64,000 bases of DNA from a virus. Below the pieces are notes generated by a model. That model was not told the origin of the DNA. It did no database searches and worked only from the letters and a program-made list of their open reading frames with translations. Of this stretch, positions 54,390-61,594 are shown piece by piece. How positions within the stretch are numbered: position 1 is the first letter of the stretch; each line of letters begins with the position of its first letter. Made by a program: the position numbers and the translations under genes. Where the stretch lies: the IMG/VR virus record IMGVR_UViG_3300027861_002706, positions 1 to 64,000 of that record; one strand, written 5' to 3'.

Positions 54390-56516
54390 CTAAACCTCTA
54401 TTTTAATACGGACCCAGGTGTCTGTACTAGGTACTTCGATAACAGCTGTTTTTCTATCTATGGGGGAGATAGCACCAGTGGTTATCTGAGTCACAGCTCC
54501 AGGGCCATCGGCACTAGTACCGGCTGTATGGATAGTTACCTTGTAGTCCTGAGCTCTAAAGTCTCCGCCTAAATTATGATATATAGTAGGAGTAGTCGAG
54601 GCAAACTTCCTCCACGTAGAGTCATACTTACCGGCTGGCCTATAGGTAGTGAGTTGATCAAAAGTACTGCCGCCGTTATGCTCCGCTTCTGCAACTAGAA
54701 TACTTTGGTCACTAGGAACTCCATAGTCGGATCCATACCATACTCCGTCAGATTCTAGTCCCGCAGATGCAACACTGTTCTCATTGGCTAGAGATAAGTA
54801 CTTAGTACCAGCATCAGCCGAATTGACAGAAGCAGTATCGGCATTAACATTAGACTTTACTATACCTCTGACATCGGCTACTACTGGGTTAGTAGTGCTA
54901 GCAGTAATATCAAAATCATTGCCATTGAGTGCGACAAAATCAGGATTACAGAAATATGGGTTATATATCCTATAGGACATACCAGATGCAGGCAGGGAGC
55001 TGAGTGTCCTTGACAACTGCCAGCTAGTAGTCGCACTGTTGTATGCAGCTATGGGAATCTTTTCTCCTGCGCTTGGCCCACTGCGGATATCAAATATCCA
55101 TGTGCCATCGTTGAATCTATCTGTATAGTATAGGCCACCTCCGGCAATATTAACGAGTAAAGCGTTACTGGATATCGTAGTATCTACGACTAGATCACCT
55201 GTAGTAGAGTCTTGAGTGGCAGTGCTAGCCGCCCCTCCGGTTAAAGTTCCATCCTCTGCCATTTGACCAATAGAACATATATTGACAGTATCGCCGCACC
55301 AGTCAGGTCCAGCAGGACGCATATACTTATGCCTATTGGCAATGTATGATGGATCTAATCCATCTACCAAGGAGGGGGTTGTTCCGCCATGGTTATTCAA
55401 AATAATATCTCTATTAATAGTTACATCATGCTCAGTAGTACTACCAACCTGATCTATTCTACCGCTAACTGTTAAATCTCCAGCGATATAAACTTTATCC
55501 GCAGATCCGTTGCCGAGATATGCATCACCGTTTACTTGAAGATCTTCTTGGAAGGTATTCACTTGAATTTCAGCTTGCGAATTTATGACAGTATGACCAC
55601 CTAAAGTGAATAAGTTACCTGCGATATAGGTATTACCATAAACCCTCAAAGCGTCATGGACTCCTTGATCCCTACCGGAATCATCAAGGAACAAAGCAGA
55701 GGTTACTGCCGCATCGGTAATTCCGGTAGATCTTGTAGTGCCCGTAGGAGACATACTTACGAGACCTATCATATTAAGGATATCGCCAGTATGGTCTGTT
55801 ATAGTGCCAGTCATAGGGTCAAGAGCACTACCACCCTCGAATGAGCCACAGTATACCTTGAACTCATTCGCGTTAATCTCAACTACATCATTAGAATTCC
55901 CTAAAGTGATAGTATGGCCTGGCTGCCCATCTAGAGATTTAAAAGAGATGTCTTCAGCTAATCCCTGAACATGTATTCTCTTGGGAAGTTTACTATCGAT
56001 CTTAGCATTTGTGCTCTTGACTAGTACCTCTGCGGATCTTACACCTTCATTCTTTGTAGATCCTGCGCCCGCCCATATCTCTAGCTTATGCAATACATCT
56101 TGCATCTGACTTAGATATTCACCATAGTATTTATCAGGATCAGCAAGATAAGTTAGAGTAAAGTCGCTAGCAGGGAGAGCACTAAAATACACTACCCCAT
56201 GATTATAATCAGTGAGCCCCGTATCGAGTGTACCAAAGGTAGATTCTACTGTGCTTCCTAGTCGAGGCTTATGGTTCATATACAGAGCGTTATTGTTAGA
56301 TACATCTATGTCGCCGGTTAGATGCTTCTCGTCGCTAACAGATACAGAAACTTGCTGATCGTCTGTCTTATTGACAAAGACATCATAATATGTAGGCCAG
56401 AGTATGTTTGGCGCAGCAGGATGATATGGATTATTCTGTACTAGCCTATTCAGGCTAGTATTGATAAAAGAAGTGTTCTTATCAGGCGAACTATCTGAAT
56501 GAGTTGTATATGCCAT
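54390..56516 (-). CDS. Tail/baseplate-associated fibre-like protein
   Basis: 708 aa, beta-rich; VNGDAYLG/IAGDLTVSG beta-helix-like repeats; LVDGLD motif. Confidence 0.6.
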   Translation of the reverse strand: MAYTTHSDSSPDKNTSFINTSLNRLVQNNPYHPAAPNILWPTYYDVFVNKTDDQQVSVSVSDEKHLTGDIDVSNNNALYMNHKPRLGSTVESTFGTLDTGLTDYNHGVVYFSALPASDFTLTYLADPDKYYGEYLSQMQDVLHKLEIWAGAGSTKNEGVRSAEVLVKSTNAKIDSKLPKRIHVQGLAEDISFKSLDGQPGHTITLGNSNDVVEINANEFKVYCGSFEGGSALDPMTGTITDHTGDILNMIGLVSMSPTGTTRSTGITDAAVTSALFLDDSGRDQGVHDALRVYGNTYIAGNLFTLGGHTVINSQAEIQVNTFQEDLQVNGDAYLGNGSADKVYIAGDLTVSGRIDQVGSTTEHDVTINRDIILNNHGGTTPSLVDGLDPSYIANRHKYMRPAGPDWCGDTVNICSIGQMAEDGTLTGGAASTATQDSTTGDLVVDTTISSNALLVNIAGGGLYYTDRFNDGTWIFDIRSGPSAGEKIPIAAYNSATTSWQLSRTLSSLPASGMSYRIYNPYFCNPDFVALNGNDFDITASTTNPVVADVRGIVKSNVNADTASVNSADAGTKYLSLANENSVASAGLESDGVWYGSDYGVPSDQSILVAEAEHNGGSTFDQLTTYRPAGKYDSTWRKFASTTPTIYHNLGGDFRAQDYKVTIHTAGTSADGPGAVTQITTGAISPIDRKTAVIEVPSTDTWVRIKIEV

Positions 56517-56523
56517 TTTTATC

Positions 56524-58347
56524 CTATGTCACGCAAATTTGATCGTATTTCTCTCTGGTAAAGAACTGCCCGTCGTCAGCATCTATGTAGTAGTCATACG
56601 CAAAATCGGTTTCATACTTAATTACTCCGTCATTTGTTTCTACGACAAACTTAGATCTGCTTCCATCGACTTTGCCCATCTGGCTGAACAAAACGCTCCC
56701 TGTCTCAACTCCGGTATTGAATAAGCTAGCAGTTGCATCTGGAACCTTAAAGTCTTGAATACACTCAAGATAGGTTCCCTGAAATCCCCTTTTCGAGGAT
56801 ATAAACTTAAATGTATAGTATACTCTAGCACCTAGAGACTCTCTACAAAAAGCTACTAAATAGTCATGATCAATGGTGAGGGCTCGTATCGCTAAAGTAT
56901 AAGTCTCTGATCCAGAATTCATGTGATCTTTTATAACAGTATACTTATTTGTATTGTCTCCGAAATAGTCTCTTTCAGCTATCGCAAAAGATCCATAGTC
57001 ATCATTGAATTGCAGAGAGCTCTTTTTTATCTTAGAGGAGTCATGCGGGTCAATACTCCATTTCATAGTAGAAGATGCTCTCTCATACTGATTTGTAGCC
57101 AGACCCATAGTATTCACAGATATGGCCGACTCTGTTGAGGGGGCTACGCTTCGCAATCTAGTTGGTATCGCATCATTGTAAAATGTATTTTCATCAGTAA
57201 CTTTGAAGATCCTAGTTTTAGGCCGTATATTATAGTATGAAGTATTTGAGTTTAAGACGACTGAAGTCTGAGTATAGTCAGAAGTATTATTGGAGTATAC
57301 ATTATATGTTTCATCAGAATAAACCATAGACAGTTTTGCCCAGGGTACTGTTTCTCCATCTCTTCTTGTCCATCTCGTTGGTATTTTTCCTATTTCTAAT
57401 TGAAAGCAATCGATATAAAATGAATAGTCGCTAGTATTATACCTATAGTCAGATTTAATATTGCATTTTATATAAGCAGAAGGTTTAGCCAAAGATATAG
57501 TAGTATGCACCTTTTCCCAATAAGCGATCTGACCGGTTGAGTTATCTGAGAGTATCCCTTCTTCCGTGGTGGAGGTAGGTATATCAACATATGATTGCCC
57601 AATTGATCCATCCACATACAGTACGTCAAGTTGTAGTTGATTGCTATCAATTATATTTGTATCTATTCTACCAGAATGGTTTGGGACCATGACCATTGCG
57701 GATAGCACTAGGTCTTGACCTTTAGGCATGCTTATAGCATACGACTGATACGCTGATGCGTACTCTCCAGATTCAACAGAAATAGCTAATGCGTTACCGG
57801 CGCTTAAACTATATTCGGAGTCTGCTTTGACTATAGCTCCAGTAGATTTATCTATTGCCCATCGACATGGTGTGTCTGGTATGGCTCTTCCTGGTATCGA
57901 GAGGTCAGAGTTGTATATAACATTCGGACTTACTTGTTCAGCTAGATCCTGACCTACCTTGGGATAGTCTTGTATAAACCCGGAATAAGCTAAATCAGAT
58001 TCTACAGTATCTAGGTATTTATTTTTCTTCCCGGCAAAATGTTGTTCGGATAAATACTCAGCGCTCATAGCAAAGCCATTTATAAGTTGCTGGTAATTAC
58101 TCGTATCGTTAAATCTACCTGCGTGCCAAAATGGTAAATCGTTACAGATCATTTGAGTATGGTCGGACCAATGTCCTGCTAGTTTATTAAATGAATTGCC
58201 AGTAGACGCATCAAAACTATAGCTTATATCTAATTCATTGGTCTGGACAGGTACCGGCAGATAGCTATACCTTAAAGTGAGCTCATTATACTCTACTCTG
58301 TTGTAGGCATACGTAACCTTTAGGGTTTTATAATCTGAATCTGCCAT
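56524..58347 (-). CDS. Baseplate protein with CBM4/9-like domain
   Basis: NVIYNSDLS...FYIDCFQLEIGKIPTRW. Confidence 0.6.
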   Translation of the reverse strand: MADSDYKTLKVTYAYNRVEYNELTLRYSYLPVPVQTNELDISYSFDASTGNSFNKLAGHWSDHTQMICNDLPFWHAGRFNDTSNYQQLINGFAMSAEYLSEQHFAGKKNKYLDTVESDLAYSGFIQDYPKVGQDLAEQVSPNVIYNSDLSIPGRAIPDTPCRWAIDKSTGAIVKADSEYSLSAGNALAISVESGEYASAYQSYAISMPKGQDLVLSAMVMVPNHSGRIDTNIIDSNQLQLDVLYVDGSIGQSYVDIPTSTTEEGILSDNSTGQIAYWEKVHTTISLAKPSAYIKCNIKSDYRYNTSDYSFYIDCFQLEIGKIPTRWTRRDGETVPWAKLSMVYSDETYNVYSNNTSDYTQTSVVLNSNTSYYNIRPKTRIFKVTDENTFYNDAIPTRLRSVAPSTESAISVNTMGLATNQYERASSTMKWSIDPHDSSKIKKSSLQFNDDYGSFAIAERDYFGDNTNKYTVIKDHMNSGSETYTLAIRALTIDHDYLVAFCRESLGARVYYTFKFISSKRGFQGTYLECIQDFKVPDATASLFNTGVETGSVLFSQMGKVDGSRSKFVVETNDGVIKYETDFAYDYYIDADDGQFFTREKYDQICVT

Positions 58348-58351
58348 TCAA

Positions 58352-58828
58352 CTAGACTTCCCCAATGATGCCTATTGTAGTAGACGCGCCAACCTCTGAA
58401 GGAAGGTTAGCTGGAATAGATTGCTTGATCCAAATATGAAAATCGCCCCCAATACCAAGGCTGGCTGTGACTTCAACTGCATTTGCAAGTCCGATAGGTT
58501 CAACAAAGGTTGCGCCACTGGGCAAAGTTGTTGGCGTGCTGATTAAGTTAGATCCATCTAGAGCTATTTGAATCTGTCCAGGGTGTTTGACATTGTTTAG
58601 AAATATTTTTACGTTTTTGATTGGAGTACCCGACGTGTTCTCTACCCAAATCTTTTGATACCTTACCCGAGCATCTTGACCAATATAATCGCTAACTCCT
58701 TCTGGAAAAACATCACTAAGTGTAGCTCCTATTAGCGTACTTGTTGCTGCACCACCAACGGTATTATTGTCTGGAGGACTACTTATATTCCAACTCGCAG
58801 ACTGGTAAAAAGTTACATCAAGTGCCAT
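58352..58828 (-). CDS. Small baseplate/virion protein
   Basis: 158 aa, beta-rich (YQKIWVENTS), immediately after baseplate J. Confidence 0.65.
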   Translation of the reverse strand: MALDVTFYQSASWNISSPPDNNTVGGAATSTLIGATLSDVFPEGVSDYIGQDARVRYQKIWVENTSGTPIKNVKIFLNNVKHPGQIQIALDGSNLISTPTTLPSGATFVEPIGLANAVEVTASLGIGGDFHIWIKQSIPANLPSEVGASTTIGIIGEV

Positions 58829-59967
58829 TATTGCCTCACCATTATCGGGTTAATCTCATCTTCGTCAGGAACGAAGAGCTCGTCCTCTTCTAGTCTTAGA
58901 TCTCTTATCGCCTGAACTCTCTTATTTATACAGAGAAATACAACTTCTGCACTTGAGATCGAACTATCTGCGCTAAGAACTGCCGATACAATCCGGCTCA
59001 TGCTAAGATCATCTCCTGGTCGCATGGCGCCTATTGCCGCCTCCACCTTGAACTCAGCCTGCCTAATGATAGTTTCTTTCAATGAATCATTAACTCGATT
59101 TGAAAAAGATATTTTAACTTCTATTTTTACTGGTATATAATCATATTCTCTTATATTAAAAGATATACCAAATCCTGTTGAACTTGCTAAGCTCTCGCGG
59201 ACCATAGCTAATGTTGATTGAGATACTCTATTGCCTGTGGGGAGTAGATATACATCATAGGACCCTGATCCTGAGACGCCTAACCTTAAGTCTACGCTGG
59301 CAACATCTTGAAACCTCATTAAGCCAGATATAATATTAGAAGAATTTGCACCTTCTGATGCAACTGCGGCATTCGATATTCGAGATCTAAACGAGCTATC
59401 TAACTCTCTCCCCTTGGAATAGTTTATTGCATTAGTGTTAGTTACATAAACATCAGGATTGCCTAAATCATGGACTGTAAATTCTCCGGGTCCAATGTTA
59501 AGCAGCCCATCACTAGATGTAGATACTGAAACAAATACGAATGTATCTGTATCATTAAAAGAAGTTGAGTTTGATGTTGTTAGGGAGGTTCCATCATCGA
59601 ACCGAGATATCTTTATTCCGGCAGGTATCACATTGCTGCCTAGCACGCGCTTTAATGTATTTACTCCAGTTACATAAAACTTTATAAGCTTATCACCAGC
59701 CGTCGCTTTAAAATTGCTTAAGTCTAATCTTGATACTCCAAAAATAGATCCGATGAGATCAAGGTAGTAACCAGAAGCTGTATCCAGATACGCCATACTG
59801 GAAGAGTCTGCTATCTCTCCAGATAATCTAGCCATCTGAGTATTCATAATATCAGTTATACTTCTTACGGAGCTTCCTACACCTAGGTTAGTGAACGGTG
59901 TATTCAATGCGATAAATCTTAAACTCTCGTCTTGAAATTGACTAAATGACTTTCTCTTTTTAGGCAT
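58828..59967 (-). CDS. Baseplate J-like protein (T4 gp6/P2 gpJ family)
   Basis: ASGYYLDLIGSIFGVSR, VIPAGI, GRELDSSFRSRI, GSGSYDVY, DDLSMSRIVSAV. Confidence 0.88.
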   Translation of the reverse strand: MPKKRKSFSQFQDESLRFIALNTPFTNLGVGSSVRSITDIMNTQMARLSGEIADSSSMAYLDTASGYYLDLIGSIFGVSRLDLSNFKATAGDKLIKFYVTGVNTLKRVLGSNVIPAGIKISRFDDGTSLTTSNSTSFNDTDTFVFVSVSTSSDGLLNIGPGEFTVHDLGNPDVYVTNTNAINYSKGRELDSSFRSRISNAAVASEGANSSNIISGLMRFQDVASVDLRLGVSGSGSYDVYLLPTGNRVSQSTLAMVRESLASSTGFGISFNIREYDYIPVKIEVKISFSNRVNDSLKETIIRQAEFKVEAAIGAMRPGDDLSMSRIVSAVLSADSSISSAEVVFLCINKRVQAIRDLRLEEDELFVPDEDEINPIMVRQ

Positions 59968-60395
59968 TATGCTACTGCTTCCAGTGTGCCATTATTAAAG
60001 TCATACTTGTATGCTAGAATTATATCTTCCGAACTAATACTTGTAATAAGCTCCATTATGGGCTCCTTGATCTTAAGTATTATAGCAATCTCATGATTAC
60101 CAACAGAGACTACTTCTAGGCTATGGTTAGACCAGTTAAGAATCCCTTGATCATTTAAACGTTGACTGATATGGAGTTTTATCATATTTCTTGTATGTCC
60201 GTCATTGGGTCTCCCAATAAAACGATCTGGACTTGCTCCAAAGTTTTTATGCGGATTATAGTCAGAGTATTCTGTCAGTAAGCAAAAATTAATAGCTCTT
60301 ACGAGCGACACCGCCGAACTAGACCCCTGTAGATCGCCCGCAAATACGGACAGATCTCCATCTACTGTAGTATGTATGTCTGTCTCTGCGTACAT
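59967..60395 (-). CDS. gp25/gpW-like baseplate wedge protein
   Basis: DGDL.V..GDL, LLTEYSDY.PH.NFGA...FIG pattern; adjacent to J. Confidence 0.75.
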   Translation of the reverse strand: MYAETDIHTTVDGDLSVFAGDLQGSSSAVSLVRAINFCLLTEYSDYNPHKNFGASPDRFIGRPNDGHTRNMIKLHISQRLNDQGILNWSNHSLEVVSVGNHEIAIILKIKEPIMELITSISSEDIILAYKYDFNNGTLEAVA

Positions 60396-60401
60396 TTGAT
60401 C

Positions 60402-60836
60402 CTACTCCGGTAGAAACGAATCGTAATCGATCACTTCGTAAATATACTTAATTTCCCTCTTGTATTCATCTCTATCTAGCTCCTCTAAACCTTTTATTAT
60501 CTCAGATCCTAGTGTTAATAGAAACAAGAATTCGCTGTTATCTGGCCCTAATATAGAAAAGGGGGTTAATGGAGTAGAGGGGATCTCTGATGCCCTATTA
60601 TCTATGGCATTTCCACCAAGTATAGTATTTTCTGGAGCTGCTTCACTTCTAAGAGTATCTGAATCTAGTTCAATTTCGTCCCTATTGGCAGTGATTCCAC
60701 CTGCTCCTTCATCTAGCCCAGGAGTGATCTTGACTTCCCCTCTATGGGGATTCCATGTTATCGGGCCAAGATTGATGTCACCATTATTCAGAAACACCTT
60801 AGGAACTTGTATTCTCTCGGGATCTAGAGTAGACAT
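60402..60836 (-). CDS. Hypothetical baseplate-region protein (spike/adaptor candidate)
   Basis: 144-aa ORF with AGAGG RBS, located between the hub and wedge genes. Confidence 0.6.
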   Translation of the reverse strand: MSTLDPERIQVPKVFLNNGDINLGPITWNPHRGEVKITPGLDEGAGGITANRDEIELDSDTLRSEAAPENTILGGNAIDNRASEIPSTPLTPFSILGPDNSEFLFLLTLGSEIIKGLEELDRDEYKREIKYIYEVIDYDSFLPE

Positions 60837-60847
60837 TTATTCCTCTT

Positions 60848-61585
60848 TTAACTACTTCGATTATTCATTGCTGGTCTTTTAACTACTTGGATAACACCTT
60901 TATCACATCCATCGTTCAATATTGCTTGCATACCATTTTGTAAATTTTTTCCTAAGGAGTTACTATTGCTGACATCTGCCGACTTAATTTGCTCAGATAC
61001 TCCGATAGGAACTATACTCGTATGTCTAATATCTCCTGGATTTTTCCATGATATATCTAGTATAGTTATATGTGAAACATCGCTAGGTGCTCCAGTTCTT
61101 GCATTAGAAATCTCTAATTTGATAATAGGACTGTTTATAGGATTAGTAAAATCTATGTGGACATCACCAAAATAGCCCTTAGGCATTTTCCTTGTATAAG
61201 CACTAGCCCAATTAGCTATATATAAACCAATAGCCCGATCAGTAGTCTCGTCAGAAGTTTCAATAGCATCTATCTCTGTCTGAGTGAGGAAGCCAGACTT
61301 AACGTCTGACTTTAAAAATTCTATCTGATCGTTGATGCTACCCGATAGGCTATTTAGTTTATCCATTACCTTATTATATCGAGATCGCTCCATTATGACC
61401 ACATACTGTTGTGTTCCAGTAGTTATCTCGCCTTTTATATTAATGATATCTCCTATTACGGGAGTACTTGTATCAAGATAAGGACCCCTGTAAACAATAG
61501 CGTGCTCTATAAAGCTGCTATTATGCATACTGGGGTGATTTTTGGCATACTCAACTAGTTTGTTGCCCGGTGTACTTCTCGCCAT
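60848..61585 (-). CDS. Hypothetical baseplate-region protein
   Basis: 245-aa ORF in the operon; no recognisable motif. Confidence 0.65.
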   Translation of the reverse strand: MARSTPGNKLVEYAKNHPSMHNSSFIEHAIVYRGPYLDTSTPVIGDIINIKGEITTGTQQYVVIMERSRYNKVMDKLNSLSGSINDQIEFLKSDVKSGFLTQTEIDAIETSDETTDRAIGLYIANWASAYTRKMPKGYFGDVHIDFTNPINSPIIKLEISNARTGAPSDVSHITILDISWKNPGDIRHTSIVPIGVSEQIKSADVSNSNSLGKNLQNGMQAILNDGCDKGVIQVVKRPAMNNRSS

Positions 61586-61594
61586 CAGATTCGC

